Below are positions 24,260-37,959 of a stretch of DNA of 64,000 bases, piece by piece. The notes beneath the pieces were generated by a model, which was not told the origin of the DNA, ran no database searches, and worked only from the letters and a program-made list of their open reading frames with translations. Position 1 is the first letter of the stretch, and each line of letters starts with the position of its first letter. Position numbers and translations under genes: made by a program. The DNA lies in assembly GCA_965644295.1 (NCBI GenBank), contig CBFFRP010000152.1, positions 170,151 to 234,150 on the forward strand, written 5' to 3'. Source of the DNA: Paraphysomonas bandaiensis. Lineage: Eukaryota; Protista; Chrysophyceae.

Positions 24260-24780
24260 TCGCAGTGACGACTACATAAATGTATGCTGTGCAGTTGGTA
24301 CTATGTAGTGTTACTACATTTTGAAGGAACAACTATAATATGTCGTATTCATAATACCAATCTAATAAGTATTGAAGTAGTAACTTCTCAGACGCATGAA
24401 TATGATTTATAGCGCGAGATTTACACCAGCACGAATATGACAGTATTGAGCTTAAATATAACTATACTCTTAAGGTATACTGTAAAGCATATGTACTGCG
24501 GCGGAGTTACTAGATGTGTAAAATAGATATAAACTTAGTTAAACATGCGTTGAGTTTATAGTGGAGGACCCTCTCGCTTTCCTCGAGTGAATTAGTTAAA
24601 GAAAAGAATGAGATAGCCAAAAAGAATAATAGCAATAGTAATCGTACTTTTTTCTTCATATATATTACGCCTCAATGAGAGCAGCGATTTTAAAGGTCTT
24701 AACAGAGGAATGATCCACAAATTCCGTGGCATACACATCCCTTATATATACAACACACTAGAGCTAAGCTAAAGCTAATA

Positions 24781-25470
24781 TCATTCATTATAGTCGTTGT
24801 CATCCACTGTCTCAAGCGAATACTCGTGGCCTTCCCAACGAAGATAGTACTTGTCACCATCAGGACATATTTCATCTCCTAGACGTTGGCAGATGTGTGG
24901 GTGGAGAAGTCCGTACTTGTCACTTAGGTGACGATGCTTCAATATACGATGATATATTCTTCCAGTGTTAGGGTTGTACGCCAGAAAGCTCGGAACAAAT
25001 TCTTGTTCCAATGTTCCGCCGTATATTAAGGTGCACCTTTTCTGGTTAAAATCTTTGTAACCTATCACTGAAAATCGGTCTGCTGGAGATATAAAATTTA
25101 TCTCTTTTCCACACATAGATATTAGTGGTATGTCAGGGTGATACTCAGTGTCATTTAGTTTCAGATTCTTGAATGTGAAATCTAGAAACTTGGTGTCCTT
25201 CATACACGTCGCAATATTACGTGGCATAGTTTCCTCGAGAAACAACTGTCCTCGTGTGTCCAAAAAATAAAAGTAGTGTCTATTAATTGCGTTCATTTCA
25301 TAAAATTCACTAGAGCGAGGTTTACATTCTCGGTCATTAGATTCACAAAAGTGTCTCATGTTTATACGAGAGAATTGACCACTGCTTCGTTTTCCTCCCC
25401 ATTGCAAACAGCGAATATTCATAGACAATTGTCTCAGACTAAGTGTCATTGAAACCACTGGTCTTAACAT
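24781..25470 (-). CDS. UPF0598/C8orf82-like (DUF4505) protein with a possible mitochondrial presequence
   Basis: RHYFYFLDTRGQLFL...N..TC.KD..FLDF, FL.YNP.TGRIYH; Arg/Ser-rich N-terminus. Confidence 0.8.
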   Translation of the reverse strand: MLRPVVSMTLSLRQLSMNIRCLQWGGKRSSGQFSRINMRHFCESNDRECKPRSSEFYEMNAINRHYFYFLDTRGQLFLEETMPRNIATCMKDTKFLDFTFKNLKLNDTEYHPDIPLISMCGKEINFISPADRFSVIGYKDFNQKRCTLIYGGTLEQEFVPSFLAYNPNTGRIYHRILKHRHLSDKYGLLHPHICQRLGDEICPDGDKYYLRWEGHEYSLETVDDNDYNE

Positions 25471-26220
25471 TCAAAGTAACGTATGTAATATATAGTTTAC
25501 ACAGGAATTTGTATAAGTCTTTCAATAGATACTGTCTGTCTGTATGTCTGTCTGTCAGTGAGTGTATAGTATTATAATGTCATATATAGCTGATAGATAT
25601 ATCTATTCAATAAGCAGATGGAGTTACTGATAGATGTACTCTACAGATGAATGATAATATGATTATACTAGTAAACAAGTGCAAGTGGAGTATAGATTGA
25701 ACTGAACTCGACTGCTGTGTTCAAGTCTCTATTCTGTATGCATGTGTGGCATGCAAGAGAACGACCTGACGAAGGCACTTGTACTTTTACTGTATAGTAT
25801 GCTGTATACTGTAGATTATAGTACATGTATTCCTACCTATACGGCACTCTACAGTACGCTCATGTATGTAGAGAAATACTGTGAAATACAATATTATATA
25901 AATTGGGAAAAACAGACTTTATTGCAAATAGACTTTAATGGATATATTCATAGCAAAAAACAAGCCTATTCATACTGTATGATCATAACCACAAACCACA
26001 CACACTCTCCTCTATGTGGGTGTGTCCATATATATTAACACTCTCTATAAGAGATAATTGGAGGGCATTACTAGACTTGGAGATATATATACATGACAAC
26101 TCATCTATATGATGCAGTCATATGTATATGATATGTATCATACTACAATGAATATGTATACATTCATATAATATTATTCTCTTTTATTGTCAATTCAATC
26201 ATATATAGAAGCAGATTACA

Positions 26221-29200
26221 ATGAAAGCACCTACCAAAGAAGAATATATGGATAATCTTACCAAACCAATAGGAAATGTTGAAGAAAAATGGAAATTACT
26301 ACCACATTTTCTTCGTATGCGTGGATTAATGCGACAACATATTGATTCATTTGATCATTTTGTGAATCATGAAATTAAAAGTATTGTTGCTGCAAAATCG
26401 AATTGTGAAGTTCGTAGTGAAGCTGATCCAAAGTTTTTTATCAGATATACAGACATTTATGTAGGAGAACCAAATGTTGAAGAAGAATCATTTGTGACTT
26501 CAAATGGTAAACACTGTATTGTCATAAGCTATACCATCTAATGTACATCGTAGTCACTCCATTTCAGTGCAGATTAAGAGATTGCACGTACTCTGCTCCT
26601 CTCTATGTAAATGTGAGGTATACTCGCCAGCGTCAAATTGTCACAAAAAATGGAGTCCAGATAGGACGAATTCCGATAATGTTGCGCAGTTCGAAATGCT
26701 CCTTGCACGGCAAGAGTGAGGACGAAATAACTGCTATGAAAGAGTGCATATACGATCCAGGGGGGTATTTTGTCATCCGGGGGGTGGAAAAGGTTATATT
26801 AATGCAGGAGCAACTATCCAAGGTAAAACCATGCCATTTGATTTCCACATATGACCGTGCACTTGCAGAATCGTGCTATCATTGAGCTAGATCCTAAGGG
26901 AAATGTGTCAGCTGTTATCACCTCTTCAACTCATGATCGTAAGTCACGCTGCTCTATTATATTTAAAAACCAAAAGGTGTGTTGTTGTATTTTGCGTCGT
27001 ATTTGTGTGATTTTCTCCGCAATACAGCTCTACCTTAAACACAACTCTCTGGGAGATGAGATTCCAATTGTGTTAGCCCTGAAAGCCATGGGTATTCAGA
27101 GCGATCAAGAGATAGTACAACTAATTGGACACGAAAACGATATACTTGAAATCCTCGCCCCATCACTGGAGGAGCCTTATAACCTTGGTATATATTCGCA
27201 GGAGGAGGCCCTGCAATATATTGGTGAAAAAGTAAGTGCGGCGCGGGCTCCAGTGGAGGCGAACAAGTCGTATAGGAAAAATACTCCGCCTGCAGCAGAT
27301 GCTGCAGAGATCCTTGCCAACCTCGTTTTGAACCACGTGCCTGTGATAGATTATAACTTCAGATCAAAGGTTTTGTCGAGCATTTTAATTGCGTACAGTT
27401 TAATATCCCTGAGCAGATCATCTACATTACCCATATAGTTCGCCGAGTGCTAAAAACTGTGTTAGACAACTCCTTGCTTGACGACAAGGTTAGTCGGTTG
27501 TGTATAGAGGTTATTCTTAAATAACAGCTGTTCTGTCCTTTGTTATAGGACTACTATGGTAACAAAAGGCTAGAGTTAGCGGGATCCTTGATTTCTCTTC
27601 TCTTCGAAGACCTTTTCAAACGCTTCAACACAGATCTAAAGAGGCAAGTTGATATGATTCTCTCAAAGCCCAATAGAGCCAGTAGCTTTGATGTGATGAA
27701 GTTTATGCGCACGGATACCATTAGTCAGGTGCTGACTATATGTACATAATGTATTTCCCGTAATTCTATCACAGGGGTTTATTCACGCGATATCGACTGG
27801 AAATTGGGTGCTAAAACGATTTAGAATGGACCGGGCGGGAGTCACACAAGTGCTTTCCCGACTCAGCTACATATCTGCTCTCGGCATGATGACCAGGGTC
27901 AATTCTCAGGTATCCACTTCAGCCACAACTTTTTTGAAATTGCAAATATATTTATTGAATTGTTTTCATATATCTAACTCCATGGCCCATGTGTAGTTTG
28001 AAAAAACGAGAAAAGTTTCTGGGCCTAGGTCACTGCAGCCATCGCAATGGGGTATGATGTGCCCTGCAGACACTCCCGAGGGAGAGGCTTGTGGACTAGT
28101 GAAAAATCTTGCATTGTTGGCCCACGTAACCACCGATGACGAGCAAGACATTCAATCCATATGTTTTGACCTAGGTAACTGGTGCCGTATAAACGTTGAG
28201 TGTTAGAAGCTTATCTAAGTTGAAATGCAGGGGTGGAGGATGTTAATCTCATATCTGGGGATGAAATCAATGCTCCTAACGTCTATTTGGTGTTTCTGAA
28301 TGGTCTGATCATTGGAGCCCACTCACAGCCCGTCAAGCTGGTGAAGAAGGTGTGTATATCGTCTCTGTACTATGAAACTGAGCTCTATTCGTGCAATAGA
28401 TCCGACAGATGAGGAGGAAAGGATATATTGGGGAGTTTGTGTCGGTCTACTTAACAGACGTGCAGAAGGCAGTATATGTGGCATCAGACGGCGGTAGGGT
28501 GTGCAGGCCTCTTTTGATTGTTGAGAACGGTGATAATCATTTACCTTTTAAGTCTATGTTTGATATCTGCTTAGGCCGAATCTTGTTGACTCAAGATCAC
28601 ATAAAGAACCTTGGTACTGACCATCAACTTGAGGACCTGCTAGCGCAGGGAATTATTGAATATGTAGACGTGAGTGACCTAAGAACTTAGTATACTGTTC
28701 GAAGCAGCTGACTTTGAATATTTAGGTGAATGAAGAAAACAATTGTTTGATATCACTAAATGAAGAAGGATTGACTCCAGGTAATTTTCTTATGTAGTTG
28801 TAACGTTGATTTTGACAGCGTTATCAGATCATACACATATGGAAATTGATCCACTCACTATTCTTGGTGTGGTGGCTGGACTTGTTCCGTACCCTCATCA
28901 TAATCAGAGTCCGCGTAACACGTACCAATGTGCCATGGGAAAGCAGGTATGTGTGGCGATATTGATGTATGTGGTGTCATTTTTGCATCAGGCGATTGGA
29001 ACAACCGCTCTGAATCAATACGAAAGGTAGCAAAATTAAATCGATGTTTATGTACATCATGTAAATAACAACCATTAACTAGGTTCGATGGTCTATTGTA
29101 CTCCATGGTGTACCCCCAGAAACCCATGGTTAAATCCCGAACTCTAGATTTGGTTAACTTCGATAAGGTATCGAACTCCTTAATGCCCAATTGCGGTTGC

Positions 29201-30640
29201 TTATGCATGCAATGTAGGTACCAGGTGGCCAAAATGCCTCATTAGCTGTCATGAGTTACTCGGGATATGACATTGAAGATGCCATTGTATTGAATAGGTA
29301 ATTCGTGATCTCCTTCTATGTATGCGCTTACGCTTGTCTATACAGGGGCTCTCTGGACAGGGGGTTTGGACGGTGCTTCGTGTATAGGAAACACCAAACA
29401 TCTATTAAAAGATACAATGACGGATCGTTTGACCGTACAACCGGACCACCTGATACGAATCTTTTCGCTGGAGGAGTTGACGACCCGAGGTAGTATAATG
29501 TTTCAGTACAACCTCGTACTAAGTAATATCGCATGATGTAGGTTCAAGAAGTTCCAAGCATTGGACAAGGATGGGATCTGCATGGTATGACGCATTCCAG
29601 TGCATTACAGTAATTTTAACAGCATTTTGTAATAGCCGGGCGAGCAACTATCTACTCCTAGCATTATGGTCAACAAGGAGTCTCCTGTGAGTTCTACCGA
29701 CATTGCTGATGGGCCTACTCAGGCCCCTCAATATAAATCTACCCCGATTACGTACAAAGCTCCAGCTCCGTCTTACGTTGACAAAGTTCTAATTACTTCG
29801 AATGAAAACGACCACTTTTTGGTCAAAGTAATATTTTACTAATTTGATTTGCGCCACGTGATTAAGTGTGTGTAGGTGCTGCTCAGGCAGTGTCGCCGAC
29901 CTGAGGTTGGAGACAAATTCAGTAGCCGCCACGGGCAGAAGGGAGTGTGTGGCATAATCGTGAACCAGGAGGATATGCCATTCAGTGAGATGGGTGTATG
30001 CCCTGACCTAATCATGAATCCTCACGGATTTCCATCCCGAATGACAGTCGGGAAAATGATCGAGTTGGTGGCGGGAAAAGCTGGCGTTTTTGAAGGTAGA
30101 CAAGGATATGGAACTGCTTTTGGAGAGGAGTTTGGCAATGCTGACCGTGTTGAAGTTGCTTGTGAGCAGCTAGTAAAGCATGGATACAGCTACATCGGGA
30201 AGGATATTATGACAAGCGGAATAACCGGCGAACCTCTTCAGTCGTATATATTTGCCGGGCCTGTATTTTATCAGAAACTCAAGCACATGGTGATGGATAA
30301 AATGCATGCGCGGTCGAGAGGTCCTCGTGCGGTTCTTACTCGTCAACCTACCGAGGGTAGATCACGTGATGGTGGACTTCGTCTGGGGGAGATGGAGCGA
30401 GATTGCTTAATTGGTTATGGAGCTTCAAATCTTGTCATGGAGCGGCTTATGATATCATCGGATGCATTTACTGCAAATGTGTGCGAAGGATGTGGAATGC
30501 TGGGATATGATGGGTGGTGTCAAGGCTGTCGCTCAGGCGATAAAATGTCTAATATACGTCTGCCTTATGCCTGCAAGCTGCTTTTTCAGGAGTTGCAGAG
30601 TATGAATATTGCCACACGTTTGCAATTAAAGGATTTTTAG
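26221..30640 (+). CDS. POLR3B: DNA-directed RNA polymerase III second-largest subunit, ~19 short introns (start codon approximate)
   Basis: [119 protein letters not shown] (RPC2-type rather than RPB2 variants). Confidence 0.97.
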
Positions 30641-31292
30641 ATTCCTTTGTTTTGTAATAATATACTTCTTAATTTAAACAATTGCTTAAGTACCTCATTG
30701 AGTGAAGGATTTATGATATACTACACCGCCACCCTTCATTTTTTCTATAATATTTAGCGTGACTATATCAAACTGGTGTGAGTTTCGAATATCAAGCTTC
30801 TGTTGTGCAGTAGGGAAGGTGGTAGGGAGCGGATATTTGTACTTCCACACTCTCAGCAGAGCTTGTGTACATGCTAAATGTATAGTACTAGGTCTTGGTA
30901 CTTGGTATACGTATGTTTCTCTAAGATTGAACTTTATTATTCGCTAAACCAATGCGAAAACGGTAATATGTTGTCAAAATACTGTAGGGCAATATGTATA
31001 CGTGAAATTGAAATATGTGATACGGAGGTTTATCAGTGGTTACTATAAAAATGCTGAAATTATGTCTCTGATTTGTTTTGCGAAATGATACAGTTGTGTA
31101 TAAAATAATAATAATGTATCTAGTCATACAATTTCACTTTTCTTAAAATGAGCAAAAGCCAATACTAGGTAAATTCATACACCCCGGTTGCATCACTACA
31201 GTATGAAACTAAACGCCATGTTCTTTGCGTTCCCCCATCATAAAAAATGGGATAATTTGGTGTAATTTTCTAGTCTCACCAAGCGTGGCATA

Positions 31293-32651
31293 CAAGCTTG
31301 CGTAACCATTAATGACCATTAATGGCGACGCATTGCTTCCCCCATTTTTACGGCCATTAATTTTAAAAATCCCACCATTTTTATGGCCATTAATGGCCAT
31401 TAATGGACCATTTATGGTTTGATTACTATTGCTTTACTGCTTTAGAAAGAAGTAAATGGAAAGTGTTAATAATTAGACTAAGTACTAGCTATTTAACAGC
31501 AATGATGAGCAGTTCGTTCCCATGTTACAGTCAGGTCAGATAGCTAATGCGAACAATATTCTTAAACATCATCAGCAACTATAATATCATCAATGGTAAA
31601 TTCGTTCCATAAGAATTTGTTGCAACGCAAAAAGAGTAGCAGCTCCAAATGTTGGGGTTCCATTAGCTTGCGCTGGTCTCTCATAATAAGTTTTGCTCTG
31701 CTAAATAATCGCTCAACAATATTGGAAGTCGTCACCAAATGATTCATGGAGCGATATTTAGTGGCTCTCCTGCTGTTCTTTGCCTTTTTTGCCACAGCTT
31801 CTCTCACTATATCCACAGCAAATCCTCCTGTTTCCCCCGTTTCATCATCGCCACTGCTATCGTCATCCTTTTGGGCCGCGAGGAGATAGCCCTTAACGGT
31901 TTTAGATTCTGCAACAGTCAGAGTATTCTCCAGTTGGCTTTGGATCTTCACAACAGCTCTCTCGAATAATGGGTCAGTTGTAATGGTAGCATTAGCACCA
32001 AGATACTGTTCCATATCTGGAAAGTTTTCAATAAGTTTGTCAAACATGCTACGCACAACATAATGATCTACAGACGATTTCTGCAGCATCAAGGTCTGAT
32101 GTTACTTGTGCGATCCGTCGGTGCTGTGGTACAGAAGGTAGTAAGTCAGTAACATCGTCATTAAAATTATCACAAGTCAACACAGGAGAAAGTAACAAAT
32201 ACCGCTTCCATGAATGATGGACAGAGTTCCTAAGACAAGCAGCATTCTTATATTATAATATATTACATAAAGTTCTTATTGTTTATGCTGACAAGTGGCT
32301 GGGCTGTGAATATAAAACTAGAAAAGAAGGTGGTACAATCAATTCATGTTAACATTCACAACATGATTGTGATGTTATCACATCAATAGAATTTATATGA
32401 ATTCTTAAAACAGATTGTTTAAATGACTTAAATACGTATATAATATGTTAATAACTAATAGTGCACGGGAAGGTCGTGGCTTGTCACGTATTCTTACATG
32501 ATGCTGACAACTGGATACTAACTAATGAATATTGCCATTAATGGGCACTACATCTCTCCCCCATTTTTATGGCCATTAATGAATTGCTTTTTTTCCATTT
32601 TATGGGGGAAGGCCATTAATGGCCATTACCATTAATGGTTACGCAAGCCTG
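31293..32651 (-). mobile_element. Internally deleted (non-autonomous) hAT transposon
   Basis: 22-bp TIR CA(A/G)GCTTGCGTAACCATTAATG at both ends; perfect 8-bp TSD GTGGCATA (31285-31292, 32652-32659); GGCCATTAAT subterminal repeats. Confidence 0.93.
31562..32092 (-). pseudogene. hAT transposase C-terminal remnant (dimerisation domain)
   Basis: TSNIVERLFSRAKLIMRDQRKLMEPQHLELLLFLRCNKFLW; upstream domains are missing. Confidence 0.88.
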
Positions 32652-33898
32652 GTGGCATAAACACCTAACCAAGTGGTTGAAAAACATATTCATTTACTAA
32701 TTCATATTTTCAGTTTTCAATGACTGGGTTGACTAGGTGTTTATGGTATTCACCTGGTCAAAAATAAAAGTTTTCACTTTACCTGCTGTGTGACTTCATT
32801 GTTAATTAATTAGAAGTTATATGTAAGTACAATTTATGACTAGGTTCATAACTAAAATTGACTGCAATGAATAATAATTCCCTGGAAATATCCACTGAAC
32901 TAGTGACCCTCGGGTCATATCTTGTGTCTTTTAAAAGCAGTTTTTTAGTTATAAGTTTACATTTTCTCTCAATGTAAGTAATAAAGATACAGGGTGTGTA
33001 TTTCAGTTCATTTGTATTATGAAGCAACGCTACAGTATGAGTTACTGAAAGAGTTGACGGGTACTATGAATGATATGAGCTACATATGCGTATAGTATCA
33101 TATATATCTTACATGGTTAGATAGCTATACGCTGATTGGACAGTAGGCTGAAACTGTACTATTATGAATGATGTATATAGCAACATGATTTCTAGCCACT
33201 CATAAATACAGTGTATGTTGTTACCAGTTTGCAAGATGCTTATGGAGATTGTTATTGTTGTATGGATACATACATACTCTGGGATTGGATCTATGGATCA
33301 ATCCAAAGTGTATGCATGGATATGCACAGCCACAACACTGCTGTATGCATCGCTGTACTTGCATTATTGTAACAATCATATCTATGTATGACAGTGTGTG
33401 TCCATATGTCGTCAGTCAAATCCAACTTTTACTTTTTTGTCATATTGAAGTCTGAAAAATCGTAATATTATTGTCCAAATCCTAAGTTTTAGTAAAAAAT
33501 CATAGTTTTCTACTTTGTTACGAGGGTTAAATGGGTGACTGACGACATATGGACCTTATACATACGCTATCCATATATACTTCTTGGACACACTGACGCA
33601 TTTGTCTAGTTCGTTTCCTTTATATCTAGATATAGAAGGAAAAAATAAGGGTCAACTGGCGGTATCAAAGTGAAAAATATGGGAAGGAAAGTGTGTATGA
33701 TTGACTATACATACATACACAGTCTTCTACATATAAAGAGATCGTCTCTCTCTATATACATACAAGTTCATAGATCAGTATATTAAAGTATGTTATATAT
33801 TATTAGCTGATATTATGATAAGCTAATATCATATGACACAATCAATCTCATATAATACATTAATAATCTGATATTGTTTCATATATTCATCTATTAAG

Positions 33899-36800
33899 AT
33901 GATGAAACGTAGTATGAGACGATCACGTAGTAATAATAGTATGTCATATTCATATACATTAGCAAAAAATAATACATATCAAGAAGAATCACCATTTAAA
34001 GTTGATATAGAAAGTTTACATACTAATACGGAACAATTTTATCAATGTTTATCATTTTTTCCAAGACGTATAACTAAAATTCCAAGAAATGGAAATCATG
34101 TATACTTTAATGGATGTTTATTAGTTGCTGATATATCAGGATTTACTGCATTATCAAGTACTTTATGTGCACAAGGAGCATCTGGTCTTGATCAATTAAG
34201 ATTATTTACAGATAATTCATTTGAATCCTTTGTGAAGAGTATATATCTGAATGGTGGAGATGGTATGTAATGATTACATATATTTATGATACGTTTAATA
34301 TATATATATGAAGTTATTGAGTTTGCGGGAGATGCTTTACTTTGTGTGTTCCTACCGAATGAAAATGATATCGATGGTAGACGCGATTGCTGCCTCCGTG
34401 CTATCACATGTGGCCTAGAGATTTCTCGTCGGCGCATTGACGGCACTCACACCCATGTAGCTGCCTCCTATGGCCGTATGTGTTTCGCCCTTTTGGGGGG
34501 GCATAAGGGGCATGGCACCTATGTACTTAACGGAGAGTGTGTAGATGTAATTGGGAAGTGTCTGGAGCGCGCGGAAGCCCAACAATTAGTTGTGACCAAT
34601 GACGTCTTCAGAGCTGTCGCTGATGATGTGACTGTCGTTCAAGTATCGCTGATGTCGGATGATGTAGAATTATATAGAGTAGCTACAAAGAAGGGTCGAC
34701 CTTTGACGTGGACTCGATCGGGACAATCTTGGCTGGTACAAGTAACTACTGCCATCTAATTTACCTAATTTTTTGTTTCAGCAATCATTTACCAGTGAAG
34801 GTGCGTCGGATAGCGGAGATATGCTGGAGCTGCAAACGTCTGTAGATTTTGTAACACAGCGGGACATAATTGGGTGTGTGCCACTCCCAGTGGTTCATGC
34901 AATTTATTCTAATGCACTTCCTGGACTTTCTGAGATTCGCACTGTCACCACCCTGTTTCTGAGACTCGATACATATTCCCAACAGAAATTTGATGACCTT
35001 GCCGATATGCAACCATTCTTCTTTGCAATGCAGAGATGTTTAGATGAATGCGGTGGAATGCTCCGTCAATTTCTAATTGACGATAAGGGTTGCGTTTTAA
35101 TAGGCCTGTGGGGTGTTCCGACTGCTACGCATGCAGCCAACTGCTCTAAGGCTCTGCGATGTGCTGTTCTTATGAAGAACGCCTGTTCTCGACATGGACA
35201 TAAAATATCTGTTGGGATCACTACCGGCAGTGTCTACTGTGGGGTGGTGGGACCAACGTATCGTAGAGACTATGTCGCAATTGGCCGTTCCGTGAACCTG
35301 GCTGCGAGGCTCATGTCTAAAGCGAAGGGAAGAATATTATTGGATGGTGATACATTTGATAGACTTCCTCTTGAGGTATCGTGCTACGTCAACCTTACAG
35401 AACCACTTCATATGAAGGGGATAGAAGAAGATATGGCTTACCACTGCTACACATCCAAAGCTCCCCCGCCAGCTTTCACTTATGACGTTCGGGCCGATTC
35501 CATGGTAATAATAGAGAAGTACATTCGACATGTATTGTACAATACACTTGAAATGAGAGAAAAAAACTACGCATCGATGTCGAGTCGGGTGAAGACAACT
35601 GGCACGCCTAGAGCAGATGCCTCACAGGTTGGAAGGAGATCCTCTCTTAGTGATAACCAAGCAACTGTTTTAGTGATAGCGGGTACATCCGGATCTGGTA
35701 GGAGCTGTAATCCCCCTAAAAATGGTGCTAATTGTTTGTTCTAGGTAAAACGGCTACGGCTAATTACTTTATTCGTCGGTTTATTTCTTACGATGGATCG
35801 CGGAAGATGTCATTGAACCAGAAACCCTCTGCAAGTGCCATATTTGTTACACTGATAGATACTGATGACTCTTGTCTAACGGCAATCAGCAAGATAGCCA
35901 ATGCACTCTTCAACTGGTTTGGCAAATATGATAGTAAACGTCAAACTGAATTTATGGTGGAGATGATCACCGGGGCTTTTGCCAAATTCTCTAGTGCAGT
36001 GATACAACTTTCCATATTTCCGATTATTCAGCGAGCTCTGGGGTTTGATTGGGACTGGCCACAGAAAGCATCTGAAGAAGATAAGGGATTGTACAATTTA
36101 TACTCCACATCCCAGCAGGATAAACTCGATGAATCAGAAATATTAGCAGAACTTCTGTTTTATATAATTGGCCGAGGAGTACCCGTATTATGTTTAGATA
36201 ATGTTCACTTTATGTGCTCGGCATCTTGGAGTGTGATTACACGTTTGTGTACGATGGGCTGCTCTGCATTGGTTGTGCTTACCATACGCGTTCGAGAAGT
36301 CGCCCCTGTGGCATCTTCAGCTGAAGTGATTAGGTTTAGTGTTGGTGAAGGAAAAAAGACTGCAGCAACAAGGCGCATCGAAATGTCTCATAGTGCCAGC
36401 ATGACCTCTACCTTCAATACATTTCATGACAAGGCCGGGGAGCAAGATGTACCATGCAGGTACCCTTACTCGTTTATGAACTGCTTACATCTAATAGACG
36501 TGATCTTGTAGGCATGCATCGGAATACGCAGCACTATGTCAATCACTTCCTCGGAAATGTTTACACAAACTTCAGTTGAGACCTCTGAGTATCGAAACAG
36601 TGAGGAAAGTTTTACGCTCTGCTTTGCCAGGTGAAATTTCGCAAGATATGGTAACTACAATTTTGCACATATCGCACGGAAACCCCTTCCTACTCTGGAA
36701 AATTGTTCAGTACATTCAGGAATCTGGTTCTGCTGAAGATGTGAAACAAAAGATTTTAGGTTTAAAGGATAATTCTTTGATAGTGTCCATCATGGAACAC

Positions 36801-37646
36801 TTGTCACAAACGCATTGTGTGATAATTAAAACAGCCAGTATCATTGGGGAACAGTTTTCTACTGATATTCTTCAAGATATCCTTCCCCATGGTCTCAGCG
36901 AAAAGGTTCCTAATGCTCTGATTGAGTTAGAAAACAGGGGACTCTTGGTTCCAATGGTGGATGGATTTTATAGTTTCACTAGTTCTTTAATCAGGAAATT
37001 TGTCTATGACTTAGTTCCACAGAGGTGCGCTGTTGTATTGATGTTATTGACTTTTGTGACGTTATTACAGCGATGCGGAGAAGACCCATGCTGACATTGC
37101 ACGTGCTATTCAAAAGCTGTATTCACCGTCTTGGCCTAGCTATAACTTTAGGTAATTCTACGTGTTCATACTTTTATTGTGTTCACGCTTTTATAGTCTC
37201 TGTTACCATTTTACATCAAGCGGCTTGCAGCGCATTACCGGGCTGCATTTCACTGTGCATGCGTGGCAGTTGAGAGCTGCATGATTGGTGGAAGGGTGGA
37301 AGCCACTATTCCTTATTTTGAAGTCGCTACGCAGTGCTTCTCGCGACGTACTGAGGCACGTACGTTATCAAAGCTCTTAGCGCGGTCCATAGCAATCACG
37401 AAAGAGAAAATCGCAGAGTGTGCGAGTGAGGATGTCTCGCAACCAGTTCTACATCTAACACTAAATAAAGTTGAAGACCTTTTATTCGTTGTTAGGATAC
37501 GGCAGCATGAAAGGAGCGTTCTGTACAAGATATCAGTTATGATGAGATCTATTTTTACTAATTTCGGGTGCTTTTCGAGAAAAGGAAAAGTGTATATCGA
37601 ATCGTCCACTTCGATGAGCGACTTATTCGAATTCGAAGACGTATAG
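33899..37646 (+). CDS. Soluble-type (ADCY10-like) class III adenylyl cyclase: two cyclase domains plus a P-loop NTPase; ~6 introns
   Basis: C1 ADISGFT...GGD|VIEFAGDA; C2 LRQFLIDDKG, GITTG, AIGRSVNLAARLM; Walker A GTSGSG|KT split by an intron (35698-35744); Walker B-like VLCLDNVHFM; SHGNPF and ASIIGEQF STAND-type motifs. Confidence 0.88.
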
Positions 37647-37959
37647 ATTTTATAACTGATTTTATGATAGCACTGTACATCACTAAAAGGAAAGTTGTTA
37701 CCATCGGAGTGTATGTGATTCACCCCTCCGATAGTGTGTTTGCTTGTGTTTATTTTTCGTATCCATTTACTGTGTACAAATGGTTCATGTTAAACGTCTA
37801 AAATTTGCGAGAATTTATTTATCATCAATGTATTATGTATTTCGTATATCACACTCTGATTAAATCGTAACCAGAATTGGTACGTTTAAACCTTAGCTGA
37901 AGTGCATGTAGATATATTACCTACTACGTGCCTTAAAGTGGTGAATATCTTATTATCCC

